Origin: Camelus ferus
Taxonomy: Eukaryota
DNA length: 64,000 bases
Direction of reading: 5' to 3'
Assembly (NCBI RefSeq): GCF_009834535.1
Contig: NC_045708.1
Span: 49,538,001-49,602,000, forward strand
This document shows, in pieces, positions 12,716-26,416 of this stretch; the stretch's first letter is position 1, and every line of letters begins with the position of its first letter. Below the pieces are notes generated by a model, which was not told the origin of the DNA, did not search any database, and worked only from the letters and a program-made list of their open reading frames with translations. Both the position numbers and the translations under genes were made by a program.

Positions 12716-14004
12716 ATTTTTCAAAGATCTGAGATCAGCATCTTGGGAATTGCAACTGTATTTAATAGCAATTAAGTATCAAACAAAGAGAATTAATTCC
12801 TTCAGAATAGTAACAGAGAATGATGCTCGGGTGTTTTCAACCCTAAGGTGGTTGTGTTCTTAATATTTCCCATTATTTCTATATTATTATAATATTGTGA
12901 CTTTGAGGACTCTTCTCGAAGGTACATTTGCCCCCTCATCTGACCTGGGTTATCTACAGAAAGCAGAAAGCTATTGATCTAACTATCTGTCAACCTGAGA
13001 ACTCCATTTAAAACGTGAGAGGGTGTTGGTTTATAGTTATTTGTTTTGTTTTCTATTTTTAATATAAAACAAATAAAATAAGTAAGCAAAAATGAGATCT
13101 AGCTTTTTTTTTCCCCTTAAAAATGTGAGAGGGAGAGTGTTCTGGAGTTCTGTATATTTCAGCCAGAAATAGCAAACATGCAGCATGCTTGCTGCCAGTC
13201 TCTGCTCCTGAGTCTCTGACAAACATCACTAGGTGGGTTGTGGCACTTAATTTTTTGAGGAGCCTGAATTCTTCCTCAGAATCCTTCTTAACATAACATT
13301 TCAGAGAGACATTAACAGTAAATTGCCATTGACACAAGATGGAGCCCCAGAGCCAGCATTTTATGGGCTATTTCTCCTTCCCAGAGTATGAGATTTTTTT
13401 TCTAGCCTACTCTATCTCCTGTCCATGCCAAATAAAAAAGATTTGATGTATTAATATTTTGTTTCCTCCCCCAGTTTCACCTCATTTAAGCATGATTCAC
13501 ATACTTCCTGAAATGCCTTTATCATTCATAAATAAATATTTCCCAAATAGAGTGTTTTTGCACTTAAATATAACGTTCCTTAAAAAGTAATGCCATATAC
13601 AGCTGGTAAATTGTGAACACATTTTATTTAATTCCTTTATAGTTCAAGCAGAAAAAGTTCACAACTGGCCAGTGTAGTGGAAAGTAAGTTCTCTTGGGCA
13701 TGTGCATATTTTTAAAGATATTTGCCCCTTTTTGCAATAATTAATACATACTGTCAACCTTCAGTGTCAAAGATAATCAGTTTTTATATACTGACACCAG
13801 TGACTTATTTTGATGATAAAGGTACATTTCAATCCAGGAGAAAGGAGCAAATAGGTGATATAAATTTATTTTCTTTGCATGGAAGTCTATCCAAACTAGT
13901 ATATGAAGCGCAGTTTAAAAAAACTAACAGATCATAGAATTATTTACCAAAGAGATAATTCATCCAGTTCAGATTTCTCCTGAGTACCTATTATATGCTA
14001 GGGC

Positions 14005-14380
14005 CATAGTTCCCAAAACTTGTGCTGAGGTGCCCTAGGGTACCATGGTGCCGTGAGAACTTTTAAGTTTTCAAGGGAAACACAATAATATCTGTCCGAT
14101 GCTGAATGAGCTTAAGGTAATTCACAATTTCAACCTTAGGCCATGCAACTTCAGGTAACATTGTGGTTCTTTACCAATACAGTAAAATCGTTATTTTTTT
14201 TCTCTTTCAATTTTTGTGTATCTTTTTTTTCCATACAATTACTAAGTTGTTAAGGACAAAAAAGTACTCATCGTGTTATTTGTATCTAACTACTTAATAA
14301 ATAGAGCTGTTAAGTATTTCTATTTTGTGAAAATACTGCTTAGGCATCAAATGCGCTTGGGAGCCTCCACCCTAGGACAT
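14005..14380. mobile_element. hAT-Charlie-like DNA transposon relic
   Basis: tagttcccaaaacttgtgctgaggtgccctaggg ... ttttcaagggaaacaca ... aaatgcgcttgggagcc (terminal-repeat-like ends). Confidence 0.5.
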
Positions 14381-16799
14381 TAGGAAACATATTTCATCCA
14401 TATTCTTGCATTTGTCTCTCATAAAATCCCACAAGGTAGGTATGGTCAGCCTAATTTTACATCCAAAGAAATTGAGACTTAACAGAGGTTTGGGGGCTTG
14501 CCCGTCTAGACGGCTGGCAGGTGACGGAGGCAGCAGGGGCTAAGTGAGTTGCCTGAAAAGTCATAGTGAATCAGAGACAGAACTGAAACAAAATCCTTCT
14601 GTCCTGATTCCCCTGCCAGGATGCCGTTCACAAAGCCATGCTTTCTCTCCACATCCTCATTTGCCTTTTTCTTCCTAAGTCTGAATTTACAATAGAAAGA
14701 GGTGGACTTCCATTCTTTGTATCTTATTTAACTACAGGAATATTTGTACTGGGTTACTTGCTGCCTCTCTCGATTTTGAGTCTGCGTGGAAATGTGCAAG
14801 GTACTATGGCATGAGGATTTGGGTTTGGTCTGAATAAACGCTAAAACAATATTAAAACAACTTTTGGCTCCTGTAACCAAGGAGACCCTGACATCTTACA
14901 GAGGACACTGTCCTCTCCTCGGGTTTCCTGTAGCTAAATGGCTGATCCTGTCTTTCAGGGAATTGGACACTTGGGATCTGTTTTCAACCTGGTGAGCTCC
15001 AATTTAACACTGAAGAGTGTCTGGATTTTCCCGTCAGCCCTCCCAGAAACGACCCCTGATACCATCTTTTTAGCCCAGAGGGGCAGGCGATATTAAAACT
15101 CCAGGTCCAATAAATGCTAGAACTTTGACAAGATTTGACACATTGGCTCTTACTGTAATGGGTGTTTTGAAACACAGCTTCCCCGAGCTTCGGTGAGCTT
15201 TTGCTTTGCTTTTTGTTCGATGGCATTTCACTGGCAGCCTTATGAACAGCATGTTAAACAGTCAGTCTTTGTGCCTTTGGGCTCATTTCAATAAACTTAT
15301 AGAAATTTAATTTTCTAAAAAAGGTTCATTACAAAGCTGTGTGATTATGACTCACATCTAGACGAAAATTTGTATCCAAGTTTAATCTTTCTTTGATTTG
15401 AATAGCTTTCATTTGTTCGGATACTTATCAAATATATATTATTTGCCAATCATTCTGCTAGAAACTGGAGATGCAAAGACGGAGCAAGCACAGAGGCCCC
15501 TCCTGTAAATGGAAGTCATGAGAATGAAAAGTCATACAATGTAGTTGCAATAATAAGGCATTCATCGTCAGGCAATAATAATAATAATAATAATAAGGCA
15601 CTCACAAGTTCTGATGGTTGCCGCAGGGAAAGAAAAGCTGGTTCCAGCTTGATGATGCCACAGAGGCAACCTTTACAGAGGAGGTGATGATTATGTTTTA
15701 ACCTGAAGCTCGAGGAGGAGTTTTGCTGCGTGAACACGTTGAGAAAGGGGATTCAAAGCGGAAAGGAGAGTGCGATCAGAAGCTGGGGGATGCATGGCTC
15801 ATTGCTAGGGAAGACAGAAGTAGTGAAGTATTGCTGGGCTGTGGAGTGGCCCAGGGAGGGCAGGAGAAGAAAAAGCCAGTGGGGAGATGTGATGGTCACT
15901 GCAAATGGTCTTCTACACCATGCAAGGGTGTGGATCTGTGATGAAAAGAACTGGCGGATTGTAGGCTAGGGGAAGACATGATCCAATAAGCAGATTTGAA
16001 AAACCACTCTGCCGAGAATAGCTCGGAATAGGTCAGAAGCCCCAAACAGGAAGACCTCCTCCAGGCTCTTGCTGCCCTTCAGGGGGATGTCGATGAACAC
16101 CAATGGTCACTGAACAGGACAGTGACAACCGGGCTGGATTTCTGCCAGGACCTAACTGGAAATTGTATTTTAGAATAAATCAGCGAGAAGAATTGGAATG
16201 TTATTAAAAGTAATTTTTAAAAATACGGACCAACTTCCCCAACCTGAACTGGCTCAATGCTTTGTCTGGTTTAGAATCAGCACCGTGTCTCCGCACGACT
16301 GGTCTAGTGTTCTCACTAACGCCTCCCCCGGATGGGCCCCATGTATGGTGGAAAGTGACTGGGTTTAGGGTCATGCAGTCATGAGCGAGAATATCATCCA
16401 TCTGCGTCCTTTTTTTCGGTGAGATTTTTAACTTCCCTAAGCTTTGATTTTCTCATCTATAAAAGGTGTTAATAACTAATCCTATTTTAGAATGGTAAGA
16501 ATTAACTGAGATTATTTAATCTTACATAGAGAACAATGTCTAAGGTATATTCATTGCTCAAAAAGAGTTAGTTCCAGTCTTATATTTTACTGCAAAAGAT
16601 GTTTCAGATATTGTATTAAGAAATCCAGGCAGCCATTGTCACATCTGCAACTTTCTTTTTGCAGCATTCTCGTCTGTAGGGCTTCAGAAACATGATCAGT
16701 CTTTCAATGTGATAGAGCAAACAGCTCTTCCTCTTACATCAACCTTTCAAATATCAATATCCCCCAGGGTTCAGATCTTTTCCTAACTTTCTCCTCAAG

Positions 16800-17660
16800 A
16801 GACACCAGGGCAGAGTGGAAAGAGTTTAGGATTGGAAGTCAGACTCGGATTGGAGTTCTACTCTGCTGCTTACTGTAGGACTTTTGGGGCAAGCTGTTTA
16901 ACTTCTCTGGGCCTCAGATTTTTCATTTCTTAAATAAGGGTTACATGGCCAATCTCACATGGTTGTTGTAAAGACTAGCAGGTAACCATCACAGGACTGG
17001 CTCTCAGCTACCATGATGGTCCAAGCGCATTCTGACATCATTATCCCTGAGCTTTGGAGTGCTATGCCCAGGTCCAACTGCATACCCCCCTGGCATCTGA
17101 AAGTTAACAGATTTATGAACTCAACTCCCCCTTAAACTTATTCTCTTGTTTTTTCTTAACTATTCACCAGGACAATACATGGCACCATTCTTCATTCTAG
17201 TTGCTAAAATGGAAATCTGGAAGTCCATGCTCTGCCTGTGTTCAATCATAAGGTCTTGCCAATTTCCACGTCCCCATTTCACCCTGGTTTGGCATCATCA
17301 GTTCTCACCTGGATCTCTATAAAGTCCCTTCCTTTGGTCTTCAAGCCTCTAGTTTCTCCTCTCGCAATTTCTTCCTGTAGTTGTACACCAGCGTTTTCTA
17401 CCAAACAACGCACTGATGATTTTAGTCCCTGCTTGAAACCCTTAAGTGGCTTTCCATCACCTCCAGGATAAAGTCCAAACTACTTAACAGATAATATAAA
17501 AATTGTCATGACCTTGGCCATTTCTTGCAGATTTATTTTTCCTGGTTTTCTTGACATTCCAGTTGCTCTGAATTGCCTTTGGGCTTCTACACACATATGG
17601 CACTTCTCACCTCCATGACTTTGTTGTGCTGTCCCCTGCCTGGCATGCCACCTCCCCAGT
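16800..17660 (+). mobile_element. MIR (~16800-16990) followed by an L2 fragment
   Basis: ggattggaagtcagac...ttaacttctctgggcctcag; ttaaaacccttaagtggctttccatcacctccaggataaagtccaaac. Confidence 0.7.
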
Positions 17661-20600
17661 TCTTCTTTCCCTCACTAACTTCTACTAAATTTACTGCTTC
17701 CACCACCACCACCACCACCACCACTTTAGCCAAGCTGGATACTGGGGGAGATGCTGAAGCTATGTCTCTAACACCTCTAAGTACAGTACAATGTGCAGGT
17801 GTCGAGATCTCCTTCTGTCTCTCTTTGCTTTCCTAAACCCAGGCACCCGGGACTGATCCTTGCTCCATGCTTCCTGAACCGAACTGTCATATTAATTCTT
17901 GATGCCACTGATAATTCCTTGATGTTTTTCACCTTTTTGGAAGCAGGAATTACATAGGACAGATGACTTTCTAGAGCTCTTCTGCAGGACCTAGCATCCT
18001 GCGACAGTGCACGGCAAACACTATAGGCACGTGAAGGCTTATTCACTGAGACTCTTACTGTTGACAGTTTTGGTAATTCAGTGCTCTCATCTTTCCTTAC
18101 CAGTGAAGAAGCTGGGATGCAGGCGGAGGATGCAGGAACTTGCCGTAGGATTTGAGAGCTCCTAGACTTTGCTCATGTGACCTGAGCTTCCCAAACACTG
18201 AGCCTTGGACTCACTGCCTCAGAATCACCTGGGAAACATGCATCGATTCCTGGGTCTCAACCCCAGAGTTCTGAGCGCTGGAGCTGGAACTGAGAATACA
18301 AGTGTTTTAAAAGCTTCCTGCGTATAGGAAGTGCTCATAAGCATCTGCTAAATGTTTTCGGGTGAGTTACAGGAGTCAAAGGAGAAACTGGTGTCAGCTC
18401 TAAGTGTGACTTTGGAAGACATCATCAGGGAAGACTTGGAGGCTTTCTTATCTGACCATTCAGTTGCTCTCTGGTAGTGGTTTCCCAGGTAGAACTCCAT
18501 GAGCAGGGTTTTCTAGACACATTGGTCCCCAGACTGTCTGCTTCCCTCATCTCAGTTACCTTGTCCAAGAGGTAGAGAAATGAAAGGAGATGTAGAGATG
18601 GGAAGCTGTCAAAGAAAGTGAAGAGATGGGGCACCTCTATAAGGCAGCTCCCTCAAGAATTGTAATGTGGTTTTATTTGCTACCTGGATACTTGGAATGA
18701 CTTTAAGGAGAGTAGGGCCACCGTCATTGTACCAGACTGTCTCTTGATGGGACCTGGGGGGAGGCAATCAGTCCAGATATCACAAAACGACTGTGTTAGC
18801 TCATGTGTCCCAGATAGAGCAAAACAATGACTCATGACCCCTTTATGGCCCCAAACAAGCTGATATTCTTGCCACAACAGTCCATAAAGGCTTTGACTTT
18901 TGATCTACAAGGAATTATAGGTGAAGGCTAATTTGGGGTCTGAGGGTGAATGGAAAGAGGATATGAAGTTTCATCATGACTGCCTGATACCACTGATTGT
19001 CTCAGAGGTTCAGTTAGCCATGTCTTGAGGGAAAAGGCAATATGAGTCTGAATGCTCCTGGATTGGAAGCCCAACCCTCCAGTAAGTTTTTGATTGCTTT
19101 GTCTCGGCCAAGACCATGGGACTACAGTGTTGGAATTCACCTGAGTATCCTAGGATGTGTATGTCACCTTTTTCCCTCCATACATAGCTTTTCAGCTGAG
19201 GAAGAGTTGCGGTCTCTCAGACATAGATAATTTCAAGATCCTGGAAGGCATGGGGTTAGAGCTCAGCTGTTTTTAAATAAATGCTTTTAAAAGCATTATA
19301 TAGTAGAAAAAAATATTAGACTTGGAGTCAGACACAAATATATTAAATACGAGTGCAATTTATTAACTGTGGGGTCTTACGCAAGGCACATAATCTCTGA
19401 GAACCTCTGGCCACCCACATGTAGAAAGTAGGTGGATGAGACCTACCCAGCAGGACTGATTTACGGCTTAAATGAGGTAAAATATGAGAGAGGGCCACAC
19501 GGCAGGAACTATGTTGATTTTTTTCTTCCAGTATCATTGCTAATGACCAAGGTCTTTAGTTTCTAGTTCTAACTGGGATTTTCTACTCAGTTTTGAAATC
19601 TGCATGTCCAGCAAAAGCACTGTGGCTGTTTATCACAGAAACAGATGGATGACTGGACCAGCCAGGAAAAAAAAAAAAATAGGGAGGTTCTGTGGGTGAG
19701 ACATGACAAAGGAGTCGGCTGACTGACTGTAATTTAGAGCATTCATCATCCTGGGTGCAGGGACAGGGACTGTGAATTATGATCCTGACTCAGGCCCTGA
19801 TTCCTTTTGAAATGTTAGGTAACATTTAGTTTCTGACGAAGATTCACCATACTGCTCGGCATGGCTGGGTTGTCTCGGCCAAGATCACTTATGTGCTATT
19901 ATTGCACATTAATGCAAGAAAAAAATTGGTTCCTAAAGAGGAAGGGTCTGAACTTGAGATCCGTGATACATTTAGCTGGTCCCCAAATGCAGGAATAATA
20001 TGCAGGTTAATAGACGTGTGTGGGCCAGTATTTTATGGGAAGAGGATCCAAAGCTTTTATTAGATTCTCAGTGGAGTCTGTGACCAAAAGGAAGTTAAAA
20101 CCCACTGCTACATAGTAAAAGACCAGAATTTTTATAGCTAGAGAGACCATTTTTAACGAGTATGTTTTTCCTGAAACTCTAAAATATTCTCCCTGATGAA
20201 GACAGGATTGGAGCCATGCTTCATTTCTGTGAACTGTGCTGTCTTGTAATGGGGTTTTTATTACATTTGTTTCTCAATGGAATTCAAATAGGTATTCCAA
20301 AGTCTGCTTTAATTGCTTAAGAAACATGCCTGAGTTTTTAATACTCTTCCTTTAACTATGAACTTTCCTCATCACTCTCTCATATTTCTAAAACAAAATA
20401 TTTACTGTTTGGTTATCTCAAATGACAATTTCCTTCAGGATGGGGAACCAAGGATTGTAGTTTCATTCACACAGTGGCCGGGTAGCCTAGCATCCTTGAC
20501 TGTGCATTACTTAGAGATAAGACCTGCTGAACACCGGAGAGCATCCTTAAGCAGATGTGAAACAGCAAGCTGACCGTGTCAAGCATGGCTTACCATTGTG

Positions 20601-21942
20601 TACAACTGAGCGACAGAGGGTGACCACAGTGGTGGGATAAGTGTTGCTGGCAGTTGGCGGCTGAGAGTGTTTGAAGTGAAGAAGCTGAAGTTACTGTGTC
20701 TATCTCTAAAATAAAAGCTGGCCCTTCAGAGATAGATTTGGTTGCTTGTGCCCAGCAGGGATGGAGAAGGTCATTTTTGACACTTGCACCTTGGCCTGGC
20801 CTGGAACCCTTTTCTCAGCTCAGTGAGTGTTAACTTACTATCTGCCGAGTGTAGGGCACTGAATTCACTTCACTGATGGGGCACAAGATGAGTGAGAAGT
20901 GCGTCCTGTCTTCAAGGTGCTTAAAATCCAGAAGAACAATGACAATGTAAACCGTCATAGGAGGCAAACTTTGATCATTTCAATTGGGAAGTCTTAAGTT
21001 TGGAAGAACCCAAGAGAAAAAAATCAGTTCTGAAGGGAAAACCTCCGACAGGTGTGGCAGGGTGTTTCTGAACCGGCAGGAGGATGGTAGGTTTCCATGG
21101 TTATCAGTTAAAGAGAAAGCGGTCCAAAGAGAGAGTCCTCAAAGCAGAGGCTAACACACAGGCCACAGATGTGCACACTTACTGAGGGAATGAGGAGAAT
21201 TTTCATTTGGTTGCAGAACGGAGTTTTGAAGAGTAACAGTGACAGGTAAAACTAGAGAAATAATGATAGTCCAGCTCCTAAGTGCCAACCATAGCAAGGA
21301 GCTCTGTCTTCTGGTAACTTCAGAACAGACTGAAAATTCTGCTGAAATCACTGAGAGGGGGCTCTGCTTACACCATGTGGCAGAGGGGAGCAAGGTGAGT
21401 ACATATGTTTAGGTGGCTGCCAAAAAGAAGGAGCCAGGGCCACTCGCAGTTTTCAAAGGCATTTCAGGGGAGAAATATCTGGGGCAGCCTGACTAGGATG
21501 CTAGCAAACTTTTGAATTTTGCATACAGCTTCTCTTGTCAACATGACTGTTTCAGGACGAACAATACGCATTTGTGCAAAGTACCGCACGATTAGCTAAA
21601 TTCAGACCAGCACTTGGATCTTGTCATATCTACAGACCCTGTTTCTAATGACTTTTTTTTCTGTTTTGATTTTTTGTATCACATTAAAGTAACCTTTCAC
21701 TTTCTTGTCTTTTTAGAGTACTTACCAGAACATTTACTCAAAATGCTAAGCCAAATTTCAGCTTAAAATGGTATTTGTGTCACTGGACATGTGATTCAGA
21801 TTGTCAGGGTAATGCTATTCAGCCGAAGAGGGGTTCATGACACTGTTCTAGACATTTAGAAAGTAATGAGATATATTTAGAAGTCGAAACAAAACCCATA
21901 CTCAAACCTAAAGCTGCACGGTATTCTAGAGCAGTACAGGAG

Positions 21943-22015
21943 ATAGATAGATAGATAGTTGATGTGTTCTCTCTCTCTCTTTCCGTATGTGTGTGTGTGT
22001 GTGTGTGTGTGTATA
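21943..22015. repeat. Compound (GATA)n/(TC)n/(TG)n microsatellite
   Basis: Direct observation. Confidence 0.9.
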
Positions 22016-24200
22016 CACATATTTGTATTTCTATTTTTCATATTATTATATATTTATTTGTATTCACACATGCATACACCCACTCAAGTATAATGAAGCA
22101 ATATGGTAAATTGTACTGAACTAAGTAAAGGGGTGAAGGTTTGACTGCAGCCTTCGCTCTGCTTTTCTGTATGGCTGGGGGCCTGTGGCTCTGACCCCCC
22201 CGCTTCATTTCTACTCTGTTCCCAAACCAGATGCTGCTCTCCAGCCTGCTGTTCTGTGATTTAACAGCCTATCAGTTGTGCCATGTTGTTTCCCCTTTTT
22301 CATCTTTTAATAGAAGCTTTTTAAAACTCCCTCCCAAGAACAATTTTTTGCTTAAATTGGGATTTTAGGGGGAGAAAAGGAAACCAACATCTCCAAATCT
22401 TCTTTAACCATTACCTTTAGAGGAGAAAGGTAATTTAGTGAACCATTGTATAGTTTTTTTTTTTAATCAAACAATTTTAAGAATTTATTCTGGGGTCAGT
22501 TTTATACTCAGACTCAATTTCTAGAAAATAGTGATTGTGACAAGCCATTGATTTTGCTAAGCAGCTTACACGTGTGATTTACTTAGTTTTCATAATAATC
22601 CTATGAGATAGGGTCCATTTTATGGATGAGAATATTGAGGTTAAGAGAAGCATACATTTATCCATGGGAACACAAGTAGCAAGTGGCAGAACCAGTTCAT
22701 TATGTGGGACTAGAGCTCTGGGCTGCAGAGAAGTGGTAATGGGAGGGGTGGCTTATCCGTGTAGGGATTGGAGGAGACAGCTAGTTGACTTCCAGAGAGC
22801 CAAGCTCCCTTTCCACCATGCAGAACTGTTGTGGGGGAGTGGCTTCCCAGCCAGGGACTTTGTTTTCCAGCATCTCTGACATCGAGGTGAGGTCATATGG
22901 TACATAAGCCAAAACCCTTCTGGTCAATGGTGTAGAAGCAGAACTGTGTCTCTCCCTGGATGCGATGCTAAAGCATCCACAGTGACTCCCTCATGATTTC
23001 TCTCCCTTCCACAGCAATCTTAGAGGGCATGTCTTGAAGGTGGTAGCTTCAGGAGGTGGAAGGAGCCTGGGTAAACAGATTGGATGTACACAAGAAAGAG
23101 AGCTAACAGCACTCACTGATGGACCAGTTGTGGAGCGGGAGGGAAAGGAGTCAAAGGTGCGTCTTAGATTTCCAGATGGAGCATCTTGGAGGATGATGGC
23201 ACTATTTTACTTGGTGAGGGAACCCCTGGCAAAGGAACTGGCTAAGGAGGAAGTTCCATTTAGATTATCCGTGCTTCGTGTGAATACTTGTCTTATCTTG
23301 ATAGATTGCTGAAAAGCAACTAAGCAAGATTTTATAAGAATCTTAAAGTTAATGCTATCCAGAGGAAGACATTGGAAAATGCACTTAGGGAAAACAGATT
23401 TTCCTCCCCTTTTCATACTAACAAGAGAGAGATCTTAGTATTTATGCTGAATTAGATACTTTATTTTTACAGTTGACTATTTTCAACCTTCAATTAAAAT
23501 GACACTAATAATTATACAAATAAATAATGATATTACTTCTTCCGTGGGTAGCATTTCATTTACATATTCCAATGCATTTTCTCGTTTAACACTAACAATT
23601 GTCATGTGACTGCAGATATTTTATAGTTCAGGAAGCTGAGTTCTTGAGAGATTAGCTGATTTTTTTCAGCATCACACAGCTGATTAGTGGTAAAGCTAGA
23701 ATCTGATTTGGGGGCTGACTGCAAATGCAACAAAACTCTGTGAGGAGTTTGAGTTCAGGAGTTATGGGAGTTTAATTAGTTTGATGGTTCTTAATTAGTT
23801 TGAGTCTCAATTAGGATTGACAAAATTGGCATAATTACATACAGTTACAAACAGTAAACTCTTAAGTGGGAAGAAATATTCGGGTATTCACTTGTTCTGG
23901 AAATTAAATATTTTACTTTAGAGCCCAACTCATATGCTGGTTTTCAAATAATTGGTACAGCATAATACTTTTGACACTAAAACAATACTCAATGTGATTT
24001 TGTCTTCTGATGGTCTAGGAAAGACAAGTTATGTATTTAGCACATCATAGTGACCATGATACAAATTAATTACTATTGGGGCTTTCTGGTACTAATAATA
24101 GACATTGTTGGTGGGGGAAAAAAAAGATTATTTAGATGATGTCACTTTCCTTTTGCTTTCATGGCTACCCATTGCACTTACAATCTAAAGTCCTTAACCT

Positions 24201-24333
24201 GGGGGGAGGGTATAGCTCAGTGGCAAAGTGTGTGCCTAGCATGCATGAGGTCCTGGGTTCAATCCCTGGTCCCTCCATCAAGAAAAATAAATAAATTAAC
24301 CTAACTATCCCCCCCCCCCCGATTTTTTTAAAA
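24201..24333 (+). mobile_element. Full-length camelid tRNA-derived SINE (vic-1-like)
   Basis: Pol III A box tagctcagtgg and B box gggttcaatccc; TSD taaagtccttaacct (24186-24200) / taaagttcttaactt (24334-24348). Confidence 0.9.
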
Positions 24334-26352
24334 TAAAGTTCTTAACTTGACCTTCACATGATCTGGCTCCTGACAGTCTTATCTCATGTCAATCTTCATC
24401 TTAAATACCACTCATTTATGCATATGTCCCATCAATGAGTAGGTAAGGAGGAGCTAAAATGGGTGACAACTACTTAATCAAAAGGGGGTGTTTTCAGGTT
24501 TGAGTAACTGATCCTTTGAAGAAGTAGACTTCATGGATTCTTACTAAATGAAATTGGCTAGTGGCCTGTGGTGTATTGAGTCCACCATGCCATGTAAAGC
24601 TCCCTTCCTGTTCACCTCTCTGCCTCCACATAATATGTTAGAATTAAACCAAAACGATTTTATGTAAGACATGTTCCAGCTTTCTTTTTTAAATTCACCT
24701 TTAAAGACTTTTAATTCACCTCACTCAGTGGTACACAGAGTAACAGTTAAGAGATTTTTACCAAAGGACTTGCTCCTTCCTCTCTGGATGAAATGTAAAA
24801 AGACAGGAGCCCATGAAAAGCATTTCCATTATTGTGCAGTTTGCTTTCATTTATTTCCTTCTTAAGAGCGGAGCATTTTGAAAATGAGATTTGGTGAATT
24901 GCAATTCAATTGAATTTTTCTGTTTATTCCTGAAAACCAGTCATTAACTTCAGTTCTGTCGAGGTGTCAGTGTCGGGCCGGGGAGGGAACTGGAGGCAGA
25001 GGGGAGATAATCGATGAATGTGGGGAGACGGAATGCGGGAGAGAAAGAGGCAAGAAGAGGAAAACCACTTGACAGAACAAGGTTCTCAGGGAACAGGTCA
25101 AATTAATTTCACTAGTGTCTGAAGTGTTAGTCTCTAAGCAGGGCCTATGTGTCTCCCCACTGGGTGGGGGGAGGAAACTGCAAATTCTGCATGCCCTAAT
25201 CCAAGTAAAAGGAACACTGGTCTACTTTCAAATCGTTCTGATGAAGGTCTGCAGTAGACTTACACATAGTGAAGGCTTCATCAGTGACGGATTTTCCTGC
25301 TTCAGGAGATAGTTGTTTTTCTTCCTGTGGGTTTTTTAACTCCCTCTGATCTTTTATGATAGATGTTAGTAAATTACAGTTCTTAATCTTGGTTTTGGTG
25401 ATTAAGGTACCCAGGAAAAGCTGGAGATTTTGAAAAGTTGGATTATTTTCAAGTTTTGATGTTGTATTTTTATTTGTAAAGGGCTAGAGCTATGGAGGGG
25501 CTAGAAGTGCTGAAATTGGGCATTTGGTTACTTTTACATAATTAGTTAAAATAGCTGATTTCTAGTTGCTTTGTAACTAGTCAAAACTGCAAGAAAAGCA
25601 AGCGGGATCCGCATAAAATGTATCTGCACAATATATTTTAGGTCTGATATATTTTACACCCATTTAAACTTTACAAAAACCTTTTATGATAGATTGCTGA
25701 GAAAGCTGAGACTACAGTACAAGTGATGTACCTTGCCCTGGGAGGTACTGAAGATGGAATTTGAACCCAAGTTATTTGGAGCTCAAATAACCTCCTACAT
25801 TTTTTTTTTAACAACTACATATACTTCCCATGATCTTGCTACTGTATTTAAAGCTTAATAGAAGTTGTTCACTTGCTTAAAATTCTTCCCAATTCCACTC
25901 AACTCCTTCACTACATTGACCTTGGCGGAGAAAGCACTAAGTCCTTCTGTGGCATACCTGTTCCATGACCGTTTCCTCTTCAACATTTTCTTCATGTCAC
26001 CAAAAGTCAAGCATTTCTTTTTTAAAAAAGTCATTACTATTTTTAGTATTTTTAGCCCTTGATGTCTTTGTTGCCTGATGGCCACCTCCATTTCAGTGCA
26101 CTAAGATGAACTCCCATATCTCACATCTGAACTCCAAGGTGCTGTGCATATCCGGCTCCTTTGCAGTCCTTCCAGTACTAATGGAGTGTGTCATTAAGAT
26201 GCGTATTTCCCCCGACAGGCTCAGCTCAGAATGATTGGGCACCACATTGTAAAGAGGCCCTGTGCTGACCAAGCACAAAGAGCACCTGGATTTCCTTTGA
26301 GTCGCATAAAAATGAAGGGAAAGCATGCAGACCGAAGAGCACATGGCCATCA

Positions 26353-26416
26353 TTCCCATCCGTAATCACCAGGAGTAAGGGGACGGCAGGGCCATCCGAG
26401 GGACCCAGTGAACCAG
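26353..26416. repeat. Composite duplicate of 27977-28039 (inverted 40 bp + direct 24 bp)
   Basis: 26393-26416 is identical to 27977-28000 (24/24). 26353-26392 matches the reverse complement of 28000-28039 (37/40). Confidence 0.9.

Noticed and set aside
16267-16287. REST/NRSE-like half-site tcagcacc
   Set aside because: The second half (ggacag) is missing, so it is not a credible RE1 element.
24201-24275. tRNA-like sequence with A and B boxes
   Set aside because: It is a SINE head (TSD, A-rich tail, multiple diverged copies), not a tRNA gene.
25855-26091. Overlapping opposite-strand ORFs suggesting a processed pseudogene
   Set aside because: No recognisable parent protein, poly-A tail or TSD.
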